Below are positions 40,301-55,444 of a DNA stretch of 64,000 bases, one piece after another. Numbering within the stretch: the first letter of the stretch is position 1; every line of letters begins with the position of its first letter. A model generated the notes under the pieces. That model worked only from the letters and a program-made list of their open reading frames with translations. It ran no database searches and was not told where the DNA came from. Source of the DNA: Auanema rhodensis (Eukaryota > Animalia > Nematoda); NCBI GenBank assembly GCA_964057225.1, contig OZ059895.1, forward strand, positions 20,336,001 to 20,400,000, in the 5' to 3' direction. The position numbers were made by a program, and so were the translations under genes.

Positions 40301-43300
40301 AAAAATCTGAAAACATCTACTTTTTGCTAAATTATTTTGAAATTTTTCGAAAAAATTTTTGTCAAAATGTTTTTGGAAGCAATGTTGAGTGTACATGGAA
40401 ACTCAACATACACTAATGCATCATTTTTCAAACGATCATAACTAAATTTTGTATTAAGCGTTTCTCAATGTAGTATTGTGCAATTGATGCGGATTTTTAA
40501 GCTGCGTCGATCTGTGTTATCAGATTTGCGCTAGCTTAAAAATGCACCGAGATATCAACTGATATATGTTCACACTTATATCCTCGATTTTCACCCTGAA
40601 GAAATTATTTTTTCGTTGAATAACATTGTCCATCGTCTTTGCCTTGAAAAAAGGAATCTAAAAACATCTACTTCTTGCTAAATTATTTTGAAATTTTTCG
40701 AAAAAATTTTTGTCAAAATGTTTTTGGAAGCAATGTTGAGTGTACATGGAAACTCAACATACACTAATGCATCATTTTTCAAACGATCATAACTAATTTT
40801 TGTATTAAGCGTTTCTCAATGTAGTATAGTGCATTCGATGCGGATTTTTAAGCTACATCGATCTGTGTTATCAGATTTGCGCTAGCTTAAAAATGCACCG
40901 AGATATCAACTGATATAAGTTCACACTTATATCCTCGATTTTCACCCTGAAGAATTAATTTTTTCGTTGAATAACATTGTCCATCGTCTTTGCCTTGAAA
41001 AAAAAAATCTGAAAACATCTACTTTTTGCTAAATTATTTTGAAATTTTTCGAAAAAATTTTTGTCAAAATGTTTTTGGAAGCAATGTTGAGTGTACATGG
41101 AAACTCAACATACACTAATGCATCATTTTTCAAACGATCATAACTAAATTTTGTATTAAGCGTTTCTCAATGTAGTATTGTGCAATTGATGCGGATTTTT
41201 AAGCTGCGTCGATCTGTGTTATCAGATTTGCGCTAGCTTAAAAATGCACCGAGATATCAACTGATATATGTTCACACTTATATCCTCGATTTTCACCCTG
41301 AAGAAATTATTTTTTCGTTGAATAACATTGTCCATCGTCTTTGCCTTGAAAAAAGGAATCTAAAAACATCTACTTCTTGCTAAATTATTTTGAAATTTTT
41401 CGAAAAAATTTTTGTCAAAATGTTTTTGGAAGCAATGTTGAGTGTACATGGAAACTCAACATACACTAATGCATCATTTTTCAAACGATCATAACTAATT
41501 TTTGTATTAAGCGTTTCTCAATGTAGTATAGTGCATTCGATGCGGATTTTTAAGCTACATCGATCTGTGTTATCAGATTTGCGCTAGCTTAAAAATGCAC
41601 CGAGATATCAACTGATATAAGTTCACACTTATATCCTCGATTTTCACCCTGAAGAATTAATTTTTTCGTTGAATAACATTGTCCATCGTCTTTGCCTTGA
41701 AAAAAAAAATCTGAAAACATCTACTTTTTGCTAAATTATTTTGAAATTTTTCGAAAAAATTTTTGTCAAAATGTTTTTGGAAGCAATGTTGAGTGTACAT
41801 GGAAACTCAACATACACTAATGCATCATTTTTCAAACGATCATAACTAATTTTTGTATTAAGCGTTTCTCAATGTAGTATAGTGCATTCGATGCGGATTT
41901 TTAAGCTGCGTCGATCTGTGTTATCAGATTTGCGCTAGCTTAAAAATGCACCGAGATATCAACTGATATAAGTTCACACTTATATCCTCGATTTTCACCC
42001 TGAAGAATTAATTTTTTCGTTGAATAACAATGTCCATCGTCTTTGCCTTGAAAAAAGGAATCTAAAAACATCTACTTTTTGCTAAATTATTCTGAAATTT
42101 TTCGAAAAAATTTTTGTCAAAATGTTTTTGGAAGCAATGTTGAGTGTACAAGGAAACTCAACATACACTAATGCATCATTTTTCAAACGATCATAACTAA
42201 TTTTTGTATTAAGCGTTTCTCAATGTAGTATAGTGCATTCGATGCGGATTTTTAAGCTGCGTCGATCTGTGTTATCAGATTTGCGCCAGCTTAAAAATGC
42301 ACCGAGATATCAACTGATATATGTTCACACTTATATCCTCGATTTTCACCCTGAAGAAATTATTTTTTCGTTGAATAACATTGTCCATCGTCTTTGCCTT
42401 GAAAAAAGGAATCTAAAAACATCTACTTCTTGCTAAATTATTTTCAAATTTTTCGAAAAAATTTTTGTCAAAATGTTTTTGGAAGCAATGTTGAGTGTAC
42501 ATGGAAACTCAACATACACTAATGCATCATTTTTCAAACGATCATAACTAATTTTTGTATTAAGCGTTTCTCAATGTAGTATAGTGCATTCGATGCGGAT
42601 TTTTAAGCTACATCGATCTGTGTTATCAGATTTGCGCTAGCTTAAAAATGCACCGAGATATCAACTGATATATGTTCACACTTATATCCTCGATTTTCAC
42701 CCTGAAGAATTAATTTTTTCGTTGAATAACATTGTCCATCGTCTTTGCCTTGAAAAAAGGAATCTAAAAACATCTACTTTTTGCTAAATTATTCTGAAAT
42801 TTTTCGAAAAAATTTTTGTCAAAATGTTTTTGGAAGCAATGTTGAGTGTACATGGAAACTCAACATACACTAATGCATCATTTTTCAAACGATCATAACT
42901 AATTTTTGTATTAAGCGTTTCTCAATGTAGTATAGTGCATTCGATGCGGATTTTTAAGCTGCGTCGATCTGTGTTATCAGATTTGCGCTAGCTTAAAAAT
43001 GCACCGAGATATCAACTGATATATGTTCACACTTATATCCTCGATTTTCACCCTGAAGAAATTATTTTTTCGTTGAATAACATTGTCCATCGTCTTTGCC
43101 TTGAAAAAAGGAATCTAAAAACATCTACTTCTTGCTAAATTATTTTCAAATTTTTCGAAAAAATTTTTGTCAAAATGTTTTTGGAAGCAATGTTGAGTGT
43201 ACATGGAAACTCAACATACACTAATGCATCATTTTTCAAACGATCATAACTAATTTTTGTATTAAGCGTTTCTCAATGTAGTATAGTGCATTCGATGCGG

Positions 43301-45615
43301 ATTTTTAAGCTACATCGATCTGTGTTATCAGATTTGCGCTAGCTTAAAAATGCACCGAGATATCAACTGATATATGTTCACACTTATATCCTCGATTTTC
43401 ACCCTGAAGAATTAATTTTTTCGTTGAATAACATTGTCCATCGTCTTTGCCTTGAAAAAAGGAATCTAAAAACATCTACTTTTTGCTAAATTATTCTGAA
43501 ATTTTTCGAAAAAATTTTTGTCAAAATGTTTTTGGAAGCAATGTTGAGTGTACATGGAAACTCAACATACACTAATGCATCATTTTTCAAACGATCATAA
43601 CTAATTTTTGTATTAAGCGTTTCTCAATGTAGTATAGTGCATTCGATGCGGATTTTTAAGCTGCGTCGATCTGTGTTATCAGATTTGCGCTAGCTTAAAA
43701 ATGCACCGAGATATCAACTGATATATGTTCACACTTATATCCTCGATTTTCACCCTGAAGAAATTATTTTTTCGTTGAATAACATTGTCCATCGTCTTTG
43801 CCTTGAAAAAAGGAATCTAAAAACATCTACTTCTTGCTAAATTATTTTGAAATTTTTCGAAAAAATTTTTGTCAAAATGTTTTTGGAAGCAATGTTGAGT
43901 GTACATGGAAACTCAACATACACTAATGCATCATTTTTCAAACGATCATAACTAATTTTTGTATTAAGCGTTTCTCAATGTAGTATAGTGCATTCGATGC
44001 GGATTTTTAAGCTGCGTCGATCTGTGTTATCAGATTTGCGCTAGCTTAAAAATGCACCGAGATATCAACTGATATATGTTCACACTTATATCCTCGATTT
44101 TCACCCTGAAGAAATTATTTTTTCGTTGAATAACATTGTCCATCGTCTTTGCCTTGAAAAAAGGAATCTAAAAACATCTACTTCTTGCTAAATTATTTTG
44201 AAATTTTTCGAAAAAATTTTTGTCAAAATGTTTTTGGAAGCAATGTTGAGTGTACATGGAAACTCAACATACACTAATGCATCATTTTTCAAACGATCAT
44301 AACTAATTTTTGTATTAAGCGTTTCTCAATGTAGTATAGTGCATTCGATGCGGATTTTTAAGCTGCGTCGATCTGTGTTATCAGATTTGCGCTAGCTTAA
44401 AAATGCACCGAGATATCAACTGATATATGTTCACACTTATATCCTCGATTTTCACCCTGAAGAAATTATTTTTTCGTTGAATAACATTGTCCATCGTCTT
44501 TGCCTTGAAAAAAGGAATCTAAAAACATCTACTTCTTGCTAAATTATTTTCAAATTTTTCGAAAAAATTTTTGTCAAAATGTTTTTGGAAGCAATGTTGA
44601 GTGTACATGGAAACTCAACATACACTAATGCATCATTTTTCAAACGATCATAACTAATTTTTGTATTAAGCGTTTCTCAATGTAGTATAGTGCATTCGAT
44701 GCGGATTTTTAAGCTACATCGATCTGTGTTATCAGATTTGCGCTAGCTTAAAAATGCACCGAGATATCAACTGATATATGTTCACACTTATATCCTCGAT
44801 TTTCACCCTGAAGAATTAATTTTTTCGTTGAATAACATTGTCCATCGTCTTTGCCTTGAAAAAAGGAATCTAAAAACATCTACTTTTTGCTAAATTATTC
44901 TGAAATTTTTCGAAAAAATTTTTGTCAAAATGTTTTTGGAAGCAATGTTGAGTGTACATGGAAACTCAACATACACTAATGCATCATTTTTCAAACGATC
45001 ATAACTAATTTTTGTATTAAGCGTTTCTCAATGTAGTATAGTGCATTCGATGCGGATTTTTAAGCTGCGTCGATCTGTGTTATCAGATTTGCGCTAGCTT
45101 AAAAATGCACCGAGATATCAACTGATATATGTTCACACTTATATCCTCGATTTTCACCCTGAAGAAATTATTTTTTCGTTGAATAACATTGTCCATCGTC
45201 TTTGCCTTGAAAAAAGGAATCTAAAAACATCTACTTCTTGCTAAATTATTTTGAAATTTTTCGAAAAAATTTTTGTCAAAATGTTTTTGGAAGCAATGTT
45301 GAGTGTACATGGAAACTCAACATACACTAATGCATCATTTTTCAAACGATCATAACTAATTTTTGTATTAAGCGTTTCTCAATGTAGTATAGTGCATTCG
45401 ATGCGGATTTTTAAGCTACATCGATCTGTGTTATCAGATTTGCGCTAGCTTAAAAATGCACCGAGATATCAACTGATATAAGTTCACACTTATATCCTCG
45501 ATTTTCACCCTGAAGAATTAATTTTTTCGTTGAATAACATTGTCCATCGTCTTTGCCTTGAAAAAAAAAATCTGAAAACATCTACTTTTTGCTAAATTAT
45601 TTTGAAATTTTTCGA
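34383..45615. repeat. Satellite sub-domain defined by gctacatc and cttcttgc variants, with dimeric higher-order runs
   Basis: gctacatc and cttcttgc were seen only here. An A/B dimer (actaaatttt+tattgtgcaattg+tatatg+gaaatt+cttctt alternating with gctacatc+polyA) occurs at 34.4-35.8, 37.5-38.2 and 40.0-41.75 kb. A related dimer with ttttcaaa / attctgaa occurs at 42.1-45.3 kb. Confidence 0.88.
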
Positions 45616-48600
45616 AAAAATTTTTGTCAAAATGTTTTTGGAAGCAATGTTGAGTGTACATGGAAACTCAACATACACTAATGCATCATTTTTCAAACGA
45701 TCATAACTAATTTTTGTATTAAGCGTTTCTCAATGTAGTATAGTGCATTCGATGCGGATTTTTAAGCTGCGTCGATCTGTGTTATCAGATTTGCGCTAGC
45801 TTAAAAATGCACCGAGATATCAACTGATATAAGTTCACACTTATATCCTCGATTTTCACCCTGAAGAATTAATTTTTTCGTTGAATAACAATGTCCATCG
45901 TCTTCGCCTTGAAAAAAGGAATCTAAAAACATCTACTTTTTGCTAAATTATTTTGAAATTTTTCGAAAAAATTTTTGTCAAAATGTTTTTGGAAGCAATG
46001 TTGAGTGTACATGGAAACTCAACATACACTAATGCATCATTTTTCGAACGATCATAACTAATTTTTGTATTAAGCGTTTCTCAATGTAGTATAGTGCATT
46101 CGATGCGGATTTTTAAGCTGCGTCGATCTGTGTTATCAGATTTGCGCTAGCTTAAAAATGCACCGAGATATCAACTGATATAAGTTCACACTTATATCCT
46201 CGATTTTCACCCTGAAGAATTAATTTTTTCGTTGAATAACATTGTCCATCGTCTTCGCCTTGAAAAAAGGAATCTAAAAACATCTACTTTTTGCTAAATT
46301 ATTTTGAAATTTTTCGAAAAAATTTTTGTCAAAATGTTTTTGGAAGCAATGTTGAGTGTACATGGAAACTCAACATACACTAATGCATCATTTTTCAAAC
46401 GATCATAACTAATTTTTGTATTAAGCGTTTCTCAATGTAGTATAGTGCATTCGATGCGGATTTTTAAGCTGCGTCGATCTGTGTTATCAGATTTGCGCTA
46501 GCTTAAAAATGCACCGAGATATCAACTGATATAAGTTCACACTTATATCCTCGATTTTCACCCTGAAGAATTAATTTTTTCGTTGAATAACATTGTCCAT
46601 CGTCTTTGCCTTGAAAAAAAAAAATCTGAAAACATCTACTTTTTGCTAAATTATTTTGAAATTTTTCGAAAAAATTTTTGTGAAAATGTTTTTGGAAGCA
46701 ATGTTGAGTGTACATGGAAACTCAACATACACTAATGCATCATTTTTCAAACGATCATAACTAATTTTTGTATTAAGCGTTTCTCAATGTAGTATAGTGC
46801 ATTCGATGCGGATTTTTAAGCTGCGTCGATCTGTGTTATCAGATTTGCGCTAGCTTAAAAATGCACCGAGATATCAACTGATATAAGTTCACACTTATAT
46901 CCTCGATTTTCACCCTGAAGAATTAATTTTTTCGTTGAATAACAATGTCCATCGTCTTTGCCTTGAAAAAAGGAATCTAAAAACATCTACTTTTTGCTAA
47001 ATTATTCTGAAATTTTTCGAAAAAATTTTTGTCAAAATGTTTTTGGAAGCAATGTTGAGTGTACATGGAAACTCAACATACACTAATGCATCATTTTTCA
47101 AACGATCATAACTAATTTTTGTATTAAGCGTTTCTCAATGTAGTATAGTGCATTCGATGCGGATTTTTAAGCTGCGTCGATCTGTGTTATCAGATTTGCG
47201 CTAGCTTAAAAATGCACCGAGATATCAACTGATATAAGTTCACACTTATATCCTCGATTTTCACCCTGAAGAATTAATTTTTTCGTTGAATAACATTGTC
47301 CATCGTCTTTGCCTTGAAAAAAAAAATCTGAAAACATCTACTTTTTGCTAAATTATTTTGAAATTTTTCGAAAAAATTTTTGTCAAAATGTTTTTGGAAG
47401 CAATGTTGAGTGTACATGGAAACTCAACATACACTAATGCATCATTTTTCAAACGATCATAACTAATTTTTGTATTAAGCGTTTCTCAATGTAGTATAGT
47501 GCATTCGATGCGGATTTTTAAGCTGCGTCGATCTGTGTTATCAGATTTGCGCTAGCTTAAAAATACACCGAGATATCAACTGATATAAGTTCACACTTAT
47601 ATCCTCGATTTTCACCCTGAAGAATTAATTTTTTCGTTGAATAACAATGTCCATCGTCTTTGCCTTGAAAAAAGGAATCTAAAAACATCTACTTTTTGCT
47701 AAATTATTCTGAAATTTTTCGAAAAAATTTTTGTCAAAATGTTTTTGGAAGCAATGTTGAGTGTACATGGAAACTCAACATACACTAATGCATCATTTTT
47801 CAAACGATCATAACTAATTTTTGTATTAAGCGTTTCTCAATGTAGTATAGTGCATTCGATGCGGATTTTTAAGCTGCGTCGATCTGTGTTATCAGATTTG
47901 CGCTAGCTTAAAAATGCACCGAGATATCAACTGATATAAGTTCACACTTATATCCTCGATTTTCACCCTGAAGAATTAATTTTTTCGTTGAATAACATCG
48001 TCCATCGTCTTCGCCTTGAAAAAAGGAATCTAAAAACATCTACTTTTTGCTAAATTATTTTGAAATTTTTCGAAAAAATTTTTGTCAAAATGTTTTTGGA
48101 AGCAATGTTGAGTGTACATGGAAACTCAACATACACTAATGCATCATTTTTCAAACGATCATAACTAATTTTTGTATTAAGCGTTTCTCAATGTAGTATA
48201 GTGCATTCGATGCGGATTTTTAAGCTGCGTCGATCTGTGTTATCAGATTTGCGCTAGCTTAAAAATGCACCGAGATATCAACTGATATAAGTTCACACTT
48301 ATATCCTCGATTTTCACCCTGAAGAATTAATTTTTTCGTTGAATAACAATGTCCATCGTCTTCGCCTTGAAAAAAGGAATCTAAAAACATCTACTTTTCG
48401 CTAAATTATTTTGAAATTTTTCGAAAAAATTTTTGTCAAAATGTTTTTGGAAGCAATGTTGAGTGTACATGGAAACTCAACATACACTAATGCATCATTT
48501 TTCAAACGATCATAACTAATTTTTGTATTAAGCGTTTCTCAATGTAGTATAGTGAATTCGATGCGGATTTTTAAGCTGCGTCGATCTGTGTATTCAGATT

Positions 48601-51600
48601 TGCGCTAGCTTAAAAATGCACCGAGATATCAACTGATATAAGTTCACACTTATATCCTCGATTTTCACCCTGAAGAATTAATTTTTTCGTTGAATAACAA
48701 TGTCCATCGTCTTCGCCTTGAAAAAAGGAATCTAAAAACATCTACTTTTTGCTAAATTATTTTGAAATTTTTCGAAAAAATTTTTGTCAAAATGTTTTTG
48801 GAAGCAATGTTGAGTGTACATGGAAACTCAACATACACTAATGCATCATTTTTCGAACGATCATAACTAATTTTTGTATTAAGCGTTTCTCAATGTAGTA
48901 TAGTGCATTCGATGCGGATTTTTAAGCTGCGTCGATCTGTGTTATCAGATTTGCGCTAGCTTAAAAATGCACCGAGATATCAACTGATATAAGTGCACAC
49001 TTATATCCTCGATTTTCACCCTGAAGAATTAATTTTTTCGTTGAATAACAATGTCCATCGTCTTCGCCTTGAAAAAAGGAATCTAAAAACATCTACTTTT
49101 TGCTAAATTATTTTGAAATTTTTCGAAAAAATTTTTGTCAAAATGTTTTTGGAAGCAATGTTGAGTGTACATGGAAACTCAACATACACTAATGCATCAT
49201 TTTTCAAACGATCATAACTAATTTTTGTATTAAGCGTTTCTCAATGTAGTATAGTGCATTCGATGCGGATTTTTAAGTTGCGTCGATCTGTGTTATCAGA
49301 TTTGCGCTAGCTTAAAAATGCACCGAGATATCAACTGATATAAGTTTACACTTATATCCTCGATTTTCACCCTGAAGAATTAATTTTTTCGTTGAATAAC
49401 AATGTCCATCGTCTTCGCCTTGAAAAAAGGAATCTAAAAACATCTACTTTTTGCTAAATTATTTTGAAATTTTTCGAAAAAATTTTTGTCAAAATTTTTT
49501 TGGAAGCAATGTTGAGTGTACATGGAAACTCAACATACACTAATGCATCATTTTTCGAACGATCATAACTAATTTTTGTATTAAGCGTTTCTCAATGTAG
49601 TATAGTGCATTCGATGCGGATTTTTAAGCTGCGTCGATCTGTGTTATCAGATTTGCGCTAGCTTAAAACTGCACCGAGATATCAACTGATATAAGTTCAC
49701 ACTTATATCCTCGATTTTCACCCTGAAGAATTAATTTTTTCGTTGAATAACAATGTCCATCGTCTTCGCCTTGAAAAAAGGAATCTAAAAACATCTACTT
49801 TTCGCTAAATTATTTTCAAATTTTTCGAAAAAATTTTTGTCAAAATGTTTTTGGAAGCAATGTTGAGTGTACATGAAAACTCAACATACACTAATGCATC
49901 ATTTTTCAAACGATCATAACTAATTTTTGTATTAAGCGTTTCTCAATGTAGTATAGTGCATTCGATGCGGATTTTTAAGCTGCGTCGATCTGTGTTATCA
50001 GATTTGCGCTAGCTTAAAAATGCACCGAGATATCAACTGATATAAGTTCACACTTATATCCTCGATTTTCACCCTGAAGAATTAATTTTTTCGTTGAATA
50101 ACAATGTCCATCGTCTTCGCCTTGAAAAAAGGAATCTAAAAACATCTACTTTTTGCTAAATTATTTTGAAATTTTTCGAAAAAATTTTTGTCAAAATGTT
50201 TTTGGAAGCAATGTTGAGTGTACATGGAAACTCAACATACACTAATGCATCATTTTTCAAACGATCATAACTAATTTTTGTATTAAGCGTTTCTCAATGT
50301 AGTATAGTGCATTCGATGCGGATTTTTAAGCTGCGTCGATCTGTGTTATCAGATTTGCGCTAGCTTAAAAATGCACCGAGATATCAACTGATATATGTTT
50401 ACACTTATATCCTCGATTTTCACCCTGAAGAATTAATTTTTTCGTTGAATAACAATGTCCATCGTCTTCGCCTTGAAAAAAGGAATCTAAAAACATCTAC
50501 TTTTTGCTAAATTATTTTGAAATTTTTCGAAAAAATTTTTGTCAAAATTTTTTTGGAAGCAATGTTGAGTGTACATGGAAACTCAACATACACTAATGCA
50601 TCATTTTTCGAACGATCATAACTAATTTTTGTATTAAGCGTTTCTCAATGTAGTATAGTGCATTCGATGCGGATTTTTAAGCTGCGTCGATCTGTGTTAT
50701 CAGATTTGCGCTAGCTTAAAAATGCACCGAGATATCAACTGATATAAGTTCACACTTATATCCTCGATTTTCACCCTGAAGAATTAATTTTTTCGTTGAA
50801 TAACATCGTCCATCGTCTTCGCCTTGAAAAAAGGAATCTAAAAACATCTACTTTTTGCTAAATTATTTTGAAATTTTTCGAAAAAATTTTTGTCAAAATG
50901 TTTTTGGAAGCAATGTTGAGTGTACATGGAAACTCAACATACACTAATGCATCATTTTTCAAACGATCATAACTAATTTTTGTATTAAGTGTTTCTCAAT
51001 GTAGTATAGTGCATTCGATGCGGATTTTTAAGCTGCGTCGATTCGTGTTATCAGATTTGCGCTAGCTTAAAAATGCACCGAGATATCAACTGATATAAGT
51101 TCACACTTATATCCTCGATTTTCACCCTGAAGAATTAATTTTTTCGTTGAATAACAATGTCCATCGTCTTCGCCTTGAAAAAAGGAATCTAAAAACATCT
51201 ACTTTTTGCTAAATTATTTTGAAATTTTTCGAAAAAATTTTTGTCAAAATGTTTTTGGAAGCAATGTTGAGTGTACATGAAAACTCAACATACACTAATG
51301 CATCATTTTTCAAACGATCATAACTAATTTTTGTATTAAGCGTTTCTCAATGTAGTATAGTGCATTCGATGCGGATTTTTAAGCTGCGTCGATCTGTGTT
51401 ATCAGATTTGCGCTAGCTTAAAAATGCACCGAGATATCAACTGATATAAGTTTACACTTATATCCTCGATTTTCACCCTGAAGAATTAATTTTTTCGTTG
51501 AATAACAATGTCCATCGTCTTCGCCTTGAAAAAAGGAATCTAAAAACATCTACTTTTTGCTAAATTATTTTGAAATTTTTCGAAAAAATTTTTGTCAAAA

Positions 51601-54600
51601 TGTTTTTGGAAGCAATGTTGAGTGTACATGGAAACTCAACATACACTAATGCATCATTTTTCAAACGATCATAACTAATTTTTGTATTAAGCGTTTCTCA
51701 ATGTAGTATAGTGCATTCGATGCGGATTTTTAAGCTGCGTCGATCTGTGTTATCAGATTTGCGCTAGCTTAAAAATGCACCGAGATATCAACTGATATAA
51801 GTTCACACTTATATCCTCGATTTTCACCCTGAAGAATTAATTTTTTCGTTGAATAACAATGTCCATCGTCTTCGCCTTGAAAAAAGGAATCTAAAAACAT
51901 CTACTTTTCGCTAAATTATTTTCAAATTTTTCGAAAAAATTTTTGTCAAAATGTTTTTGGAAGCAATGTTGAGTGTACATGGAAACTCAACATACACTAA
52001 TGCATCATTTTTCAAACGATCATAACTAATTTTTGTATTAAGCGTTTCTCAATGTAGTATAGTGCATTCGATGCGGATTTTTAAGCTGCGTCGATCTGTG
52101 TTATCAGATTTGCGCTAGCTTAAAAATGCACCGAGATATCAACTGATATAAGTTCACACTTATATCCTCGATTTTCACCCTGAAGAATTAATTTTTTCGT
52201 TGAATAACAATGTCCATCGTCTTTGCCTTGAAAAAAGGAATCTAAAAACATCTACTTTTTGCTAAATTATTCTGAAATTTTTCGAAAAAATTTTTGTCAA
52301 AATGTTTTTGGAAGCAATGTTGAGTGTACATGGAAACTCAACATACACTAATGCATCATTTTTCAAACGATCATAACTAATTTTTGTATTAAGCGTTTCT
52401 CAATGTAGTATAGTGCATTCGATGCGGATTTTTAAGCTGCGTCGATCTGTGTTATCAGATTTGCGCTAGCTTAAAAATGCACCGAGATATCAACTGATAT
52501 AAGTTCACACTTATATCCTCGATTTTCACCCTGAAGAATTAATTTTTTCGTTGAATAACAATGTTCATCGTCTTCGCCTTGAAAAAAGGAATCTAAAAAC
52601 ATCTACTTTTCGCTAAATTATTTTGAAATTTTTCGAAAAAATTTTTGTCAAAATGTTTTTGGAAGCAATGTTGAGTGTACATGGAAACTCAACATACACT
52701 AATGCATCATTTTTCAAACGATCATAACTAATTTTTGTATTAAGCGTTTCTCAATGTAGTATAGTGCATTCGATGCGGATTTTTAAGCTGCGTCGATCTG
52801 TGTTATCAGATTTGCGCTAGCTTAAAAATGCACCGAGATATCAACTGATATAAGTTCACACTTATATCCTCGATTTTCACCCTGAAGAATTAATTTTTTC
52901 GTTGAATAACAATGTCCATCGTCTTTGCCTTGAAAAAAGGAATCTAAAAACATCTACTTTTTGCTAAATTATTCTGAAATTTTTCGAAAAAATTTTTGTC
53001 AAAATGTTTTTGGAAGCAATGTTGAGTGTACATGGTAACTCAACATACACTAATGCATCATTTTTCAAACGATCATAACTAATTTTTGTATTAAGCGTTT
53101 CTCAATGTAGTATAGTGCATTCGATGCGGATTTTTAAGCTGCGTCGATCTGTGTTATCAGATTTGCGCTAGCTTAAAAATGCACCGAGATATCAACTGAT
53201 ATAAGTTCACACTTATATCCTCGATTTTCACCCTGAAGAATTAATTTTTTCGTTGAATAACATTGTCCATCGTCTTTGCCTTGAAAAAAAAAATCTGAAA
53301 ACATCTACTTTTTGCTAAATTATTTTGAAATTTTTCGAAAAAATTTTTGTCAAAATGTTTTTGGAAGCAATGTTGAGTGTACATGGAAACTCAACATACA
53401 CTAATGCATCATTTTTCAAACGATCATAACTAATTTTTGTATTGAGCGTTTCTCAATGTAGTATAGTGCATTCGATGCGGATTTTTAAGCTGCGTCGATC
53501 TGTGTTATCAGATTTGCGCTAGCTTAAAAATGCACCGAGATATCAACTGATATAAGTTCACACTTATATCCTCGATTTTCACCCTGAAGAATTAATTTTT
53601 TCGTTGAATAACAATGTCCATCGTCTTCGCCTTGAAAAAAGGAATCTAAAAACATCTACTTTTCGCTAAATTATTTTGAAATTTTTCGAAAAAATTTTTG
53701 TCAAAATGTTTTTGGAAGCAATGTTGAGTGTACATGGAAACTCAACATACACTAATGCATCATTTTTCAAACGATCATAACTAATTTTTGTATTAAGCGT
53801 TTCTCAATGTAGTATAGTGCATTCGATGCGGATTTTTAAGCTGCGTCGATCTGTGTTATCAGATTTGCGCTAGCTTAAAAATGCACCGAGATATCAACTG
53901 ATATAAGTTCACACTTATATCCTCGATTTTCACCCTGAAGAATTAATTTTTTCGTTGAATAACATTGTCCATCGTCTTTGCCTTGAAAAAAAAAATCTGA
54001 AAACATCTACTTTTTGCTAAATTATTTTGAAATTTTTCGAAAAAATTTTTGTCAAAATGTTTTTGGAAGCAATGTTGAGTGTACATGGAAACTCAACATA
54101 CACTAATGCATCATTTTTCAAACGATCATAACTAATTTTTGTATTGAGCGTTTCTCAATGTAGTATAGTGCATTCGATGCGGATTTTTAAGCTGCGTCGA
54201 TCTGTGTTATCAGATTTGCGCTAGCTTAAAAATGCACCGAGATATCAACTGATATAAGTTCACACTTATATCCTCGATTTTCACCCTGAAGAATTAATTT
54301 TTTCGTTGAATAACAATGTCCATCGTCTTCGCCTTGAAAAAAGGAATCTAAAAACATCTACTTTTCGCTAAATTATTTTGAAATTTTTCGAAAAAATTTT
54401 TGTCAAAATGTTTTTGGAAGCAATGTTGAGTGTACATGGAAACTCAACATACACTAATGCATCATTTTTCAAACGATCATAACTAATTTTTGTATTAAGC
54501 GTTTCTCAATGTAGTATAGTGAATTCGATGCGGATTTTTAAGCTGCGTCGATCTGTGTTATCAGATTTGCGCTAGCTTAAAAATGCACCGAGATATCAAC

Positions 54601-55444
54601 TGATATAAGTTCACACTTATATCCTCGATTTTCACCCTGAAGAATTAATTTTTTCGTTGAATAACAATGTCCATCGTCTTCGCCTTGAAAAAAGGAATCT
54701 AAAAACATCTACTTTTTGCTAAATTATTTTGAAATTTTTCGAAAAAATTTTTGTCAAAATGTTTTTGGAAGCAATGTTGAGTGTACATGGAAACTCAACA
54801 TACACTAATGCATCATTTTTCGAACGATCATAACTAATTTTTGTATTAAGCGTTTCTCAATGTAGTATAGTGCATTCGATGCGGATTTTTAAGCTGCGTC
54901 GATCTGTGTTATCAGATTTGCGCTAGCTTAAAAATGCACCGAGATATCAACTGATATAAGTGCACACTTATATCCTCGATTTTCACCCTGAAGAATTAAT
55001 TTTTTCGTTGAATAACAATGTCCATCGTCTTCGCCTTGAAAAAAGGAATCTAAAAACATCTACTTTTTGCTAAATTATTTTGAAATTTTTCGAAAAAATT
55101 TTTGTCAAAATGTTTTTGGAAGCAATGTTGAGTGTACATGGAAACTCAACATACACTAATGCATCATTTTTCAAACGATCATAACTAATTTTTGTATTAA
55201 GCGTTTCTCAATGTAGTATAGTGCATTCGATGCGGATTTTTAAGTTGCGTCGATCTGTGTTATCAGATTTGCGCTAGCTTAAAAATGCACCGAGATATCA
55301 ACTGATATAAGTTTACACTTATATCCTCGATTTTCACCCTGAAGAATTAATTTTTTCGTTGAATAACAATGTCCATCGTCTTCGCCTTGAAAAAAGGAAT
55401 CTAAAAACATCTACTTTTTGCTAAATTATTTTGAAATTTTTCGA

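Noticed and set aside
38078-46715. 70-aa minus-strand ORFs (38078, 46503) and a 67-aa plus-strand ORF (42233)
   Set aside because: The 70-aa ORFs come from a +1 A in a homopolymer, and the 67-aa ORF from a tag-to-cag variant in a monomer lacking other stops. These are chance open frames.
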